This document shows, piece by piece, positions 9,818-20,677 of a DNA stretch of 64,000 nt. Within the stretch, counting starts at the first letter, position 1. Each line of letters opens with the position of its first letter. The position numbers and the translations under genes were made by a program. The notes under the pieces were generated by a model. It was not told the DNA's origin. It ran no database searches and was given only the letters and a program-made list of their open reading frames with translations. This DNA is from Spirochaetales bacterium (lineage in GTDB: Bacteria; Spirochaetota; GWE2-31-10). The stretch lies in assembly GCA_017624275.1 (NCBI GenBank), contig JAGANG010000020.1:15866-79865 (forward strand), given 5' to 3'.

Positions 9818-10833
9818 TATCGAACCTCCTTAATATCTAAAGTTTCTTTCGATATTTTAAGAAAAACTCGGTTATTTCCGGAATCTGTACCGAAAGCCCA
9901 AATGTCTGAATCAGTTTCCTTGCAGATATTCTTATATACTTTAATATTATCTACAGATTTAGAGCCATTTTTACTCCATTCGGAAGTTTCAGAATTTTTT
10001 GTGTATTTATCAATTGTTGTTTTACTTCCGCTGCGAATAATAAATAACGTATTTTTTTCACTGTTTTGAGATATATAACAAATTGAAGAATCGGCAAGTT
10101 CTTCTTTTGTGTATTTAGTACAAACTTGAGTTTTAATATTTGAAGAGATAGAAGTAATTTCTTTTACTTCAACAACATCAGCTAAAGAATCAACATAAAA
10201 AGGTGCAATCCAGTCTGGAGAAAGTTTGTTAATAACATTTTTGTCTTCATCTGATGCCATTTCAATAACATTGAAAGTTCCGTATTTTACAAGGGAAGTT
10301 CCTGAACGAAGATAAAATTTGTTATCAAACAAGAAATGTACACCGCTGAATGTCAAATTAACATTTTCGGTTTGCACGCCTAAATCTTCGTCCGGTGAAT
10401 ATTCATAGAAACTGTTATTACTGATATTGACCCATAATCTACCGGAAAAATCGTATATTTCGGAAAAATTTTCTAATGGAAGTTGCTTGTAGCTCCCGTT
10501 TTTATGGTCAATATAAAAAATTCGTTGTGCTTCTTTTATATTTTCATTATCTGAATTTTCAGAAGTAAAATATAAATTGTTTCCGGCGATATGAAAATCA
10601 TAATTAGAAGTGAAAGTGAAACAATCATTAACCTTTTCATTTGAAGCTATTTTGTAAGTTCCGGCAATCTCGTTTTTATCGGCATCTACAAAAATTGCAT
10701 TTTTTGAATCCTGAAGAAAAACAATGAGATTTTCGCGATTAATTGATTTAAAAGATAAAACAGGTTGTGAACCTATTACCGTACATCCAATTAAAATAAA
10801 CATCATAAAAAAAGTAAAAAGATTTTTAATCAT
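9817..10833 (-). CDS. hypothetical lipoprotein
   Basis: AGGAGG 6 nt upstream of the ATG at 10833. MIKNLFTFFMMFILIGC has a lipobox (LIGC). No recognisable domain. Confidence 0.6.
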   Translation of the reverse strand: MIKNLFTFFMMFILIGCTVIGSQPVLSFKSINRENLIVFLQDSKNAIFVDADKNEIAGTYKIASNEKVNDCFTFTSNYDFHIAGNNLYFTSENSDNENIKEAQRIFYIDHKNGSYKQLPLENFSEIYDFSGRLWVNISNNSFYEYSPDEDLGVQTENVNLTFSGVHFLFDNKFYLRSGTSLVKYGTFNVIEMASDEDKNVINKLSPDWIAPFYVDSLADVVEVKEITSISSNIKTQVCTKYTKEELADSSICYISQNSEKNTLFIIRSGSKTTIDKYTKNSETSEWSKNGSKSVDNIKVYKNICKETDSDIWAFGTDSGNNRVFLKISKETLDIKEVR

Positions 10834-10974
10834 TATTACCTCCTGCTTTTTTAATATACCCATTTATAAAGATATCGAAAGAATGATTAAAAAAATAGAG
10901 TAAAAAAGAAAATATATAGTTGCGAATTATAAGATATAAAACAGGAAAAGAAATAGATAAAATATTTTTTTGAA

Positions 10975-13020
10975 TCATTTTGAAAAAATTGTATCTATTA
11001 CTAAAAGAGCAACATCATCTGTAACCGGAGCTAAATCTTGAAAATGTTTTAAACAGCTACAAAGCTCGGTAACAAAAGTATGAATGTCTGAGTCGCCGTA
11101 TTTATTCATTATATCTAATAATCTAGGAGTATCAAACATTATCCCTGTAGGATTACGAGCTTCTATCAAACCGTCAGTATACAAAACTATTCTGTCACCG
11201 GAATATAATCGTTCCGAACAAGATAAAAATTCCAAATCTTTTACAACACCGATTACGGGCCCGTTATTTGGTAAACATGAAATTGTTTTATTTTCATGTA
11301 GAATATATATGATGTTATGACCGGCATTTGTATAAGAAATAATTTTGTTTTCTATATCAATTATTGCATAAAATGCTGTAAGGAAATTGCCGCTGTTTTC
11401 AAGAACCGCTGCAAGCTCTTGATTTACGTGCGAAACTATTTCATGGGCAGTATTGTATTTTTTTGTATTACTTGAAAAAGCCATTTTAGCCATTGTAGTA
11501 ATCAACGCAGCCGGCACTCCGTGACCGCAAACATCGAGAATCATTACAGAGAAAACTTTATCTGATATTTGATAAACATCGTACAAGTCTCCCCCCAAAG
11601 CTTCCATCGGCATATATTTGGAAGAAAATTGCAATAGGTTTGTTTCCGGGAATTTTTGCGGAATTAATGACGATTGAATTCTTTGTGCCATTGCAAGTTC
11701 ACGTTTATTTTGTTCGTGAGTTTCTGTTAATTGAATAACAGTTTTATTTAATTCTTCGGTACGCTCATGGACTATTTGCTCCATATTATTACGATAGTTA
11801 CTCATAGTATCTACCATAGAATTAAATGAATCGGAAAGGGTAATGAATTCTCCGAAAAATTTATTTGAATCCAGACGTTCATCGTAATCACCGCAACATA
11901 TTTTCTTTAATCGCATTTTTAATTCGACAATCGGGTTTGTAAAATTCTTACTGAAAGATATTCCTATAAATACAACAAGAATTACGGTTAATAATGAAAT
12001 TAACAAAATTATATAAATAGTCTTTTGTATCGGACGAAAAAGTTGATTCATAGGGTGAAAATATGAAACGTGCATTTTTGAATTTGGAGCTACGGCAGCG
12101 AAAGAAAGATATTTTTTCCCTTTATAATTAATAATTTCTATAGATACGGAATTTGAAGCTTGAGCTTTTTCAAATTGTTCCAATACCGCTTTCTCGGATA
12201 AAATTTCTTGATCAGTGTTAAGCATTCGATATTCGGCAAAACTCATTCCTTCATACGGATCGTCGGGGTCATCGCCCGGATTTAAAATATAACGTTTTTT
12301 ATCTTCATCATATTCATAATAATCATCAATATACGGATGATTATAATCAAGGGTGTGACCGAATTGATCTTGAATATAGATAGTTCCCAGTTTTAACTTT
12401 GTGTTTTGTTTATAAAGATTATTTAGGAAATTGGCTGTTTCTACGGTAATTAATACGACTTGCGGATTACCGAATTCATCAAATTCATAAGGATAAAAGA
12501 AAATCGGCATTCTTTCACACGCCATACCTTTTGCCGCTTTAGTCGATCCCATAACCATCGGAAGTTCCGGGTTTTTTCCGATAGCTTTGAAAATTTCGTC
12601 TTCTCTTAATATATCGATATCAATTTGTATAAGGCTTTCTGTTACACGACTGAAACGATAGGGTAAATTGTTTTCTTTATTCGGGTAGTTAAGTTCTAAT
12701 AGATAAATAGAAGCACTTATTTTAGAGATAAGAAGTTCACGTAACGGTCGTTTAACTTCATGACCTACAATATTTTTAAATATGGGGCTTTTTGAAATAT
12801 CTTCAAAATATACTGCATATTGGTCGTAGTAAAAATCAATATTTGTAGTAACCTGAGAAATAATCCCTTGATAGAATTCTTTATTCTGAACAAAGCTGCG
12901 ATTATAAAAATTTACCATTGCATAAATTGATACAACGATAATCGGTAAAATAACCAGAGGTAATACAATGATAAGAATACGCTGTTTTGTATTCAATGTC
13001 CGTTTTAAAATAAAGCTCAT
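10975..13020 (-). CDS. sensor PP2C/SpoIIE-family serine phosphatase (TM, extracytoplasmic sensor, TM, HAMP, coiled coil, PP2C), array copy 1
   Basis: Two TM helices flank a sensor region of about 300 aa. HAMP-like FTNPIVELKMRLKKICCGDYDERLD. PP2C motifs GGDLYDV, ILDVCGHGVPAAL, NAGHN, LYTDGLIEA. Confidence 0.85.
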   Translation of the reverse strand: MSFILKRTLNTKQRILIIVLPLVILPIIVVSIYAMVNFYNRSFVQNKEFYQGIISQVTTNIDFYYDQYAVYFEDISKSPIFKNIVGHEVKRPLRELLISKISASIYLLELNYPNKENNLPYRFSRVTESLIQIDIDILREDEIFKAIGKNPELPMVMGSTKAAKGMACERMPIFFYPYEFDEFGNPQVVLITVETANFLNNLYKQNTKLKLGTIYIQDQFGHTLDYNHPYIDDYYEYDEDKKRYILNPGDDPDDPYEGMSFAEYRMLNTDQEILSEKAVLEQFEKAQASNSVSIEIINYKGKKYLSFAAVAPNSKMHVSYFHPMNQLFRPIQKTIYIILLISLLTVILVVFIGISFSKNFTNPIVELKMRLKKICCGDYDERLDSNKFFGEFITLSDSFNSMVDTMSNYRNNMEQIVHERTEELNKTVIQLTETHEQNKRELAMAQRIQSSLIPQKFPETNLLQFSSKYMPMEALGGDLYDVYQISDKVFSVMILDVCGHGVPAALITTMAKMAFSSNTKKYNTAHEIVSHVNQELAAVLENSGNFLTAFYAIIDIENKIISYTNAGHNIIYILHENKTISCLPNNGPVIGVVKDLEFLSCSERLYSGDRIVLYTDGLIEARNPTGIMFDTPRLLDIMNKYGDSDIHTFVTELCSCLKHFQDLAPVTDDVALLVIDTIFSK

Positions 13021-13024
13021 AAAA

Positions 13025-15106
13025 TTAATTTATTCCTATTATATCTATTGCAAATAATGCGATATCGTCGCAACGAGGACTGTTTCCGCAAAATGCCTGT
13101 AAGTCTGTAAAAACATGTTCGGTAAAATCTTTTACATTCAAAGACATGTTTTTAGCGATTATATCCATAAGACGTTCTTCTCCGTACAGTGCAGCTTGTT
13201 CATCTCGGGCTTCTATAACGCCGTCAGTATACAAAACAAGTCTGTCTCCGTTTCGTAAAGAATGAGATGTTACTTGGAAAGGTAAATCTTTTACTACACC
13301 TACAACCGGTCCGTTGTTTTCAAGGCAATCGATAGAACCGTCTGCGTGTGCAAGGAAAATTGTATTATGACCGGCGTTTGAAAAATCCAACATACCTTTT
13401 TCCATATCAATCACACCGTAAAAAGCAGTAAAGTAATCTCCGTTTCCGTTGATAGAATCATAAAGTTCGTTGTTTACATTAAAAATAACGTCATTAGGCT
13501 CTCTAAATCTTTTTGTGTTATTAGAAAAAGACATTTTTGCCATTGTAGTAATCAACGCAGCCGGCACACCGTGACCGCAAACATCAAGAATCATTACGGA
13601 GAAAACTTTATCGGATATTTGATAAACATCGTACAAGTCTCCACCCAAAGCTTCCATCGGCATATATTTGGAAGAAAATTGTAACAATCTGGTTTCCGGG
13701 AAAACTTTAGGAACAAGTGAAGACTGTATTCTTTGTGCCATAGCAAGTTCACGTCTGTTTTGTTCGTTGGTTTCCGTTAATTGTGCAACTGTTTTATTTA
13801 ATTCTTCGGTACGTTCTTGAACTAATTGTTCCATGTTATTACGATAATTACTCATGGTATCTACCATGTGATTGAATGATTTTGATAAAGTGACAAATTC
13901 GCCAAAGAATTTATTTGAATCCAATCGCTCGTCATAATCTCCGCAACATATTTTCTTTAATTTCATTTTTAGTTCAACAATCGGATTTGTAAATGTCTTA
14001 CTGAAAGATAAACTAAAGAAAATAACGATAAGTACAGTCAATAAAGAAATAAAAATAATAATGTATATCGTTCTTTTTATCGGAGCAAAAAGTTGATCCA
14101 TCGGATGAAAGTATGCAATGTGCATTTTTGAAATAGGTGACACAGCTACAATGGATAAAAACTTATGTCCGTTGAATGAAATAACCTGTGATGAAATTTC
14201 ATCAGAGTTTGCAGCTATTTTAATTTGTTCATGAACCGCAGGCAAAGATAAGATTTTTTCATCAGTATTAAGCATTCTGTATTCAGAGAAACTCATTCCT
14301 TCATAAGGATCGTTAGGGTCATCCCCCGGATTTAAAACATAACGTTTTTTCTTGTCATCATATTCATAATAATCGTCAATAGACGGATGATTGCTCCCTT
14401 GAATATTTTTGAATTGATCTAACATATAAAGAGTTCCGAATTTTAAACTGAAATTCTTATTGTACAAATCATCCATAAAATCATCAGCTTCGATAAGAAT
14501 TAAAAGAGATTCGATTTCAGATGTATTTTCTTTATAAGTAGGATAAAGGAAAATTATACGATTGGTAGAATTCATTCCTTTAAAATAAGGGAATGTTCCC
14601 ATTATAGGAATTGAGCTGACGTCTTCTTGCATTTTTGCGAATGAAGCATCGTTTGTTAAATCGTTTACATCAAATACGACATTGGTATGAACTATACGTG
14701 AAAGAAAATACGGAGTTTTGTTTACCGTATGGGGACGATCAAATTCCAGAAACCAACCGCCGCCGTTGAATCTTGTGCAAATTATATCTTTAAGCAATTC
14801 CGGATAATGAACTCCGTTAATTTCATAATTTTTGTCTTCAAGAGCAGTCATTTTAGGGCGATCCAAAATATTTCTCATCAAAGAACTGCCGGTGATACTT
14901 TCAAAAGATTTTTTGTATTGATTGTAATAGAAGTCAATATTTGTAGTTACCTGTGAAATGATGTCACGATAAAATTCATTAGTTTGTGCTAACGTCCTTT
15001 TGTGAAAACTTATAGTTGCATAAATAGAAATAGTGATAATCGGCAAAATTACTAAAGGAAGCGCAATGATAAGAATGTATGTTTTAGTACTCCATGTCCG
15101 TTTCAA
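13025..15106 (-). CDS. sensor PP2C/SpoIIE-family serine phosphatase, array copy 2
   Basis: Same architecture as copy 1. The block ELAMAQRIQSSLVPKVFPETRLLQFSSKYMPMEALGGDLYDVYQISDKVFSVMILDVCGHGVPAALITTMAK is identical to copy 3. Confidence 0.85.
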   Translation of the reverse strand: MKRTWSTKTYILIIALPLVILPIITISIYATISFHKRTLAQTNEFYRDIISQVTTNIDFYYNQYKKSFESITGSSLMRNILDRPKMTALEDKNYEINGVHYPELLKDIICTRFNGGGWFLEFDRPHTVNKTPYFLSRIVHTNVVFDVNDLTNDASFAKMQEDVSSIPIMGTFPYFKGMNSTNRIIFLYPTYKENTSEIESLLILIEADDFMDDLYNKNFSLKFGTLYMLDQFKNIQGSNHPSIDDYYEYDDKKKRYVLNPGDDPNDPYEGMSFSEYRMLNTDEKILSLPAVHEQIKIAANSDEISSQVISFNGHKFLSIVAVSPISKMHIAYFHPMDQLFAPIKRTIYIIIFISLLTVLIVIFFSLSFSKTFTNPIVELKMKLKKICCGDYDERLDSNKFFGEFVTLSKSFNHMVDTMSNYRNNMEQLVQERTEELNKTVAQLTETNEQNRRELAMAQRIQSSLVPKVFPETRLLQFSSKYMPMEALGGDLYDVYQISDKVFSVMILDVCGHGVPAALITTMAKMSFSNNTKRFREPNDVIFNVNNELYDSINGNGDYFTAFYGVIDMEKGMLDFSNAGHNTIFLAHADGSIDCLENNGPVVGVVKDLPFQVTSHSLRNGDRLVLYTDGVIEARDEQAALYGEERLMDIIAKNMSLNVKDFTEHVFTDLQAFCGNSPRCDDIALFAIDIIGIN

Positions 15107-15126
15107 AGAAAACTCCTTGCTTTATT

Positions 15127-17208
15127 TTATTCAATTCCCACTATATCTACGGCAAATAACGCAATGTCATCACATCTAGGACTGTTTCCGCAGAAAGCTT
15201 GTAGGTCGGTAAAAACATGTTCGGTAAAATCTTTTACTTCGGAATTCATGTTTTTAGAAATTATATCCATAAGTCGCTCTTCACCGTAAAGAGCTGCTTG
15301 TTCATCTCGGGCTTCTATAACGCCGTCTGTATACAAGACAAGTCTGTCTCCGTTTTTGAGTTGATGACCTACGGAAGGGAATTCAAGATCTTTTACTACA
15401 CCTACAACCGGTCCGTTATTCTCCAATTGATCCATAGTACCGTCGGCGTGTGCTAAAAAGATAGTATTGTGACCGGCATTAGAATAGTACAACATACCTT
15501 TTTCCATATCGATTACACCGTAAAAAGCAGTGAAGTAATCTCCGTTTCCGTTGATAGAATCATAAAGTTCGTTGTTTACATTGAATACAACTTCACTCGG
15601 ATCTTTTGATTTTTTTGTATTTGTATTAAATGAGATTTTTGCCATTGTAGTAATCAATGCTGCCGGTACACCGTGACCGCAAACGTCGAGAATCATTACG
15701 GAGAAAACTTTGTCTGATATTTGATAAACATCGTACAAGTCTCCACCCAAAGCTTCCATCGGCATGTATTTGGAAGAAAATTGCAATAATCTTGTTTCTG
15801 GGAAAACTTTAGGAACAAGCGAAGACTGTATTCTCTGTGCCATAGCAAGCTCACGTCTGTTTTGTTCATTGGCTTCCGTTAATTGTTCAACATTTTTGTT
15901 AAGCTCTTCGGTTCTGTTTTTTACCAGTTTTTCCATATTTTCACGGTAATTACTGATAGTACCTACCATGTGATTAAATGAATCTGATAAATCTATAAAT
16001 TCTCCGAAAAATTCTTCTGTGGTCAAAAGTATACTGTAGTCACCGTTACAAATCTTTCTTGTTGCAATATTTAATTCTTTTATCGGATTAGTTAAAAAGT
16101 GACTGAAAATAATGCTGATTACTACAACTAAAACAGAAATCAATATTGCTACACTCATAATAATGTAGATAATTCTCATTATAGGAGCAGATAATTGACG
16201 AATCGGATGAAAATAAATAACTCTCATCAAAGAATTTTCTGCAATAGATACAATAGAAAGATATTTCTTGCCTTTAAATTTTACGATTTCGCAACTAGGT
16301 TCGCCGTCTTCTTCCGCAATTTGGATTTGCTCTTGAACTTTTGGCAGTTGCAAAATTTTCTCGTCTACATTTAACATTCTGTATTCGGCGAAACTCATAC
16401 CTTCAAAAGGATCGTCGGGATCGTCACCTTCTTCTAATACATAACAGTTTCTTTCTTTATCAAAATTATAATAATCGTTGACATGTGGGTGGTTTCGTTC
16501 TTGGACATTACCGAATTGATCGAGCATATACAAAGTTCCGAATTTTAATCGGACATTTTTTTCGTATAGACTGCTGAGGAAGGTAGGAGTTTCTATAATA
16601 AGCATTAATTCATCGATTTTATCACTTCCTTCTTTTATATGAGGGAAGAAAAATATCGGTTGCGTAATACCTTTCGCACCTCTTATAGCTTCAGATGTTG
16701 CTAAAATCGGTTCCATAACTAAATTTTCTGACATTTTTAGAAATACCGGATCTTCTTTTAACTTTTCGACATCAAAACTGATATTACTGTATCCGATAAA
16801 GAAATGCTTATAAGAACGATTATTTACGGTATCTTTTCTGCCTAGTTCCAACATAAGGAATACACCGTTAAATTTGGAAACAAGGAATTCTTCTAAAGCT
16901 AAAATATAATTTTTCCCGTCAATGGTAAAACTTTTATCTTCGATAGAAGTCATTTCCGGGCGATTGACGATTTTTTGAAATACAGAACTTTGTGTAATAT
17001 CGGCAAAAGAAATAGCGTATTGATTGTAATAGAAATCAACGTTAGTTGTTACTTGTGAAATGATATCACGGTAAAATTCTTTGTTTTGATTTAAAGATCT
17101 TTTGTAGAAACTTGAACCGGTATAAATAGTAAGCACTATAATCGGCACTAAAGCCAGCGGTAAAACAGTCAGTAAGATTCTGATTCGTGTATTAAAACTC
17201 TTTTTCAT
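15127..17208 (-). CDS. sensor PP2C/SpoIIE-family serine phosphatase, array copy 3
   Basis: Same architecture. The C-terminal 230 aa or so are almost identical to copy 2 (…NGDRLVLYTDGVIEARDEQAALYGEERLMDII…CGNSPRCDDIALFA…). Confidence 0.85.
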   Translation of the reverse strand: MKKSFNTRIRILLTVLPLALVPIIVLTIYTGSSFYKRSLNQNKEFYRDIISQVTTNVDFYYNQYAISFADITQSSVFQKIVNRPEMTSIEDKSFTIDGKNYILALEEFLVSKFNGVFLMLELGRKDTVNNRSYKHFFIGYSNISFDVEKLKEDPVFLKMSENLVMEPILATSEAIRGAKGITQPIFFFPHIKEGSDKIDELMLIIETPTFLSSLYEKNVRLKFGTLYMLDQFGNVQERNHPHVNDYYNFDKERNCYVLEEGDDPDDPFEGMSFAEYRMLNVDEKILQLPKVQEQIQIAEEDGEPSCEIVKFKGKKYLSIVSIAENSLMRVIYFHPIRQLSAPIMRIIYIIMSVAILISVLVVVISIIFSHFLTNPIKELNIATRKICNGDYSILLTTEEFFGEFIDLSDSFNHMVGTISNYRENMEKLVKNRTEELNKNVEQLTEANEQNRRELAMAQRIQSSLVPKVFPETRLLQFSSKYMPMEALGGDLYDVYQISDKVFSVMILDVCGHGVPAALITTMAKISFNTNTKKSKDPSEVVFNVNNELYDSINGNGDYFTAFYGVIDMEKGMLYYSNAGHNTIFLAHADGTMDQLENNGPVVGVVKDLEFPSVGHQLKNGDRLVLYTDGVIEARDEQAALYGEERLMDIISKNMNSEVKDFTEHVFTDLQAFCGNSPRCDDIALFAVDIVGIE

Positions 17209-17313
17209 AAAAAATATCCGTAAAAAAATGTTCTAAAAAAGCATTAAAAAAATCATTTTATGTGTTTAGATAAAATTTACAAGGAAATAAGGATATTATT
17301 TGCTAATGTTTAA

Positions 17314-19323
17314 CTATTTTGATAATTTTAGTAAAACAAATGTCAAATCGTCTTTAATAGGATAATCCTTTCTAAAATCATTCAAGTCTTGTTCTATCTT
17401 TTCTGCGGTATTATCGGGATATTTTCTTATTATATTAAGTAAACGCTCTTCTCCGTAGAGCTCATTTTCACAATTTCTCGTTTCTGTAATTCCGTCTGTA
17501 AACAAAGAAATTTTATCACCGTCATCAAATTTTATTTCTTCTGCATTAAAAGTTAAATCCGGCATAACACCGATTACTGCATTTGAAGATTCCATTTTTT
17601 GGACATTACCGTCTTTCTTTAGTAAAATCATAGGGTTGTGCCCCGCATTTACGTAAGAAAGTGTCTTTTTTTTCATATCAATAATGCAGTAAAAAGCAGT
17701 AAAGAAATTTCCGCTGTCCGAAAGAGCATTTGCCATTTCTTGATTAACTTTTGATACAATTTCAGCCGGATCTGAAAAACGTTCTGAACAGCCTCGAAAT
17801 GACAATTTGGCCATTGTGGTAATCAAAGCGGCGGGAATTCCGTGTCCGCATACATCAAGTATTAATGCTACATATCTATTTTCGGAAATCTGATAAATGT
17901 CGTACAAATCGCCGCCGATTTTTTCTAACGGAACATACATACTGGAAATTTCAAAAGGAAAATCTTGGGAATTCGGAATTAATAAAGATTGAATCTTTTG
18001 TGCGACAATTAATTCTTGCTGAAATTGTTCGTACATCATAGAAAGTTCTTCAGTTCGCTCTTTTACCAAATCTTCCATTTTATTATGGTATGTACTGATT
18101 GTTTTTTGCATGGAATCGAAACTTTTACCTACATCGATAAATTCTCCGAATTCGTGAGAATGATCCAATTCCGCATCATAATCACCTCTTTCTACTCGAC
18201 TTAATGCACGAACTAAGTCGCTGATAGGTCGAGTAAAATATTTACTGAAGTAGAAACATACAAAAACAGCTACTATAACAATAATGGTTGTCAGGAATAA
18301 AAAGAAAGCCATCATTTTATTAATAGGTGAAAGAATTTGTTTCATCGGATGAAAATAAGTAATTTGTGCTTGAGAATCTTCAGCAAAAGCATTCAGAGCA
18401 AGGTAGCGTTTTCCTTTAAAAGTAATTATATCGGAAAGACACTCTTCTTCTTCCTTAGATTTTTCAGATAATGCAATTACCGAGGATGTTTTCAAAATTG
18501 TTTCGTCCGTGTTCAACATTCTGTATTCTGCGAAACTCATTTCTTCATCTGGATCGTTAGGATTGTCGCCGGGATTCAAAACGTAACATTTTCTTTCGTA
18601 ATCATACTCGTAATAATCATCCTTGTAAGGGTGATTTACATTCATGATATTCCCGAATAAATCTCTGATATACAAAGTTCCCAAGTTTAAACGAGTATTT
18701 TTTTCATATAGAGAGTGACAAAAGTCTCTTCCTTCTATGACAAGCATAATTCTTGGAATTTTATTTTCTGATTCAGTCAAATCCGGGCAATAAAATTGCG
18801 GACGACGATTGGCATTCATTCCGTAAATAGCCGGAGACACACAGAATATCGGATTCATGTCTTTTTTGTTTTTCATATACTCAAAAATCGGGCTGCCTAC
18901 AAACTCTTGGATTCTTACATCAAAATTATTATTTGTCAGTGAAATTAAATTGTATGGTTCACCGGAAATATTGTCGTTTTTATCCAATTCCATAAGGAAA
19001 AACAGCCCGCGAAATTTCGGTGAAACTAATTGTAAAAGAGCTTCATTATACGGAAGCATATCGGTAACGGAACCGGAATATTCTGCAACATCTTTCAGCT
19101 GCTGTGATTTTGCGGTTTCAACAAAATTGATAGCGTATTGATTGTAGTAAAAATCGATATTTGAAGCGGTCTGATTGATTATATCTTTGTAGAAATTGCT
19201 TTCTTGTTTCAATATTCGCTGGTAAAGACTGTTAAAAGAATAAATACAAGCAAAAAGTAACGGTAAAACCGCTATGGGGATCATTACCAATAGTAATCGC
19301 TTTTTTGTGCTTAATTGTTTCAT
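17314..19323 (-). CDS. sensor PP2C/SpoIIE-family serine phosphatase, array copy 4 (most divergent)
   Basis: TM, sensor, TM, HAMP-like (FTRPISDLVRALSRVERGDYDAELD). PP2C motifs GGDLYDIYQ, ILDVCGHGIPAALITTMAK, NAGHNP, LFTDGITE. Confidence 0.85.
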   Translation of the reverse strand: MKQLSTKKRLLLVMIPIAVLPLLFACIYSFNSLYQRILKQESNFYKDIINQTASNIDFYYNQYAINFVETAKSQQLKDVAEYSGSVTDMLPYNEALLQLVSPKFRGLFFLMELDKNDNISGEPYNLISLTNNNFDVRIQEFVGSPIFEYMKNKKDMNPIFCVSPAIYGMNANRRPQFYCPDLTESENKIPRIMLVIEGRDFCHSLYEKNTRLNLGTLYIRDLFGNIMNVNHPYKDDYYEYDYERKCYVLNPGDNPNDPDEEMSFAEYRMLNTDETILKTSSVIALSEKSKEEEECLSDIITFKGKRYLALNAFAEDSQAQITYFHPMKQILSPINKMMAFFLFLTTIIVIVAVFVCFYFSKYFTRPISDLVRALSRVERGDYDAELDHSHEFGEFIDVGKSFDSMQKTISTYHNKMEDLVKERTEELSMMYEQFQQELIVAQKIQSLLIPNSQDFPFEISSMYVPLEKIGGDLYDIYQISENRYVALILDVCGHGIPAALITTMAKLSFRGCSERFSDPAEIVSKVNQEMANALSDSGNFFTAFYCIIDMKKKTLSYVNAGHNPMILLKKDGNVQKMESSNAVIGVMPDLTFNAEEIKFDDGDKISLFTDGITETRNCENELYGEERLLNIIRKYPDNTAEKIEQDLNDFRKDYPIKDDLTFVLLKLSK

Positions 19324-19533
19324 GGTTAATCTTTATAAAATATTTTTTTAATTAAAAAAAGAAGTATTTATATATCAAAGTATTTTCAGTGATGAATATT
19401 TATTGAATCAGAGAAGAATTTTATATGAAAATAATAGTAAAATAAAAAATATGATTTTTCTGTAATCAATACGACTTGTTTTTTGATATATTATCCGAAA
19501 ATTTGATTATCGAATAATAGAAAAGGAGATAAA

Positions 19534-20565
19534 ATGAAGTCGTTTTCATTTACAAATGCAAAAAAATTGCTTGAATATATTCAAGAAAGAGATAAAGAGA
19601 CACATATAATTTTTTCTAATTACAAAATTATTAAAGAGATAAGTGAAAATGCAACGCCTAATATGATTTTATGTTCTACATCAGGTGAATTTACGGAACA
19701 TGGGTTCTCAGAAACATCTATAACAGGTTTTTCTTGTAAATCAAATATTATAAATGTAGTAGAACTTTCTCAAATTCCGAGTAAAGGTTATGTTAATTTG
19801 AAGAATGCTTATGCAAAAGTTGCCGATAACCCCAATGCATTTATGTTGCTGTTATGTGACGGGTTGGCTCAGCGTGAAGAATTGATGCTGACATCACTTT
19901 TTTGCATAAATGATAACTTTAAAATTATCGGCGGAAGTGCCGGAGACAGTTTGGAATTTAAAGAAACTTATATTTACATAGGAAATCGCAGAGTTTTCAG
20001 TGTTGCATTATTTTTCCAAATGGAACAACGAACTCTTTTAATAAAAGAAAATATTTATAAACCAATGGGAAAAATTTTAAGCGTTTCAAATGCTGTTCCG
20101 TCTGTACGCAAAGTAAATTCATTTAATAATTTACCGGCAGCTTTAGAATTTGCAAATCAATTGGGAATAGAACCGGAATGTTTACCTGATTATTTTATGG
20201 AACATCCAATCGGGCAACGTATTGGAAATGAAATATTTATTGCATCACCTCAAGCTGTAAATGAAGACAATTCGATTACTTTTTATCGACGAGTGCGTTC
20301 TTCGGTACAAATGGAACTTTTACAACCGGAAGATCCGTTTGTTTCATTGGCAAATACAAAAAAGTCTATAACTTTTAAACCGTCATTTATATTTTCAGTA
20401 CATTGTGTTCTTCGCAGTTTAAAGTTTAAATCAGAAAATATTTGGAATAAATATAGTTCAAAACTTTTAGATTTAACAAAAAATCAATGCGGTTTTGTCA
20501 GTTACGGTGAGCAATATTATAAAAATCATTTAAATCAAACAATGGTAATGCTTGTTGTAGAATAA
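19534..20565 (+). CDS. FIST-domain signal-sensing protein (FIST_N + FIST_C)
   Basis: Size (343 aa) and motifs LLLCDGL...IIGGSAGD and C-terminal GFVSYGEQY resemble FIST N/C domains. Family assignment is from memory, not a search. Confidence 0.5.
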   Translation: MKSFSFTNAKKLLEYIQERDKETHIIFSNYKIIKEISENATPNMILCSTSGEFTEHGFSETSITGFSCKSNIINVVELSQIPSKGYVNLKNAYAKVADNPNAFMLLLCDGLAQREELMLTSLFCINDNFKIIGGSAGDSLEFKETYIYIGNRRVFSVALFFQMEQRTLLIKENIYKPMGKILSVSNAVPSVRKVNSFNNLPAALEFANQLGIEPECLPDYFMEHPIGQRIGNEIFIASPQAVNEDNSITFYRRVRSSVQMELLQPEDPFVSLANTKKSITFKPSFIFSVHCVLRSLKFKSENIWNKYSSKLLDLTKNQCGFVSYGEQYYKNHLNQTMVMLVVE

Positions 20566-20677
20566 TCATATTTAATAATGAAGAAAAGCGTTTTTATATC
20601 AGTTGTTTTTATGCTTGACGGACATTTTTCCTTAATATATATTGCGAAAACTTTAATATTATTTAAGGAGATGCAAT

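Noticed and set aside
20566-20677. Possible leucine attenuator or T-box upstream of leuC
   Set aside because: The region is only 112 bp. It has no Leu-rich leader peptide, no specifier or T-box sequence, and no terminator/antiterminator pair. It probably holds just a promoter (TTGACG...).
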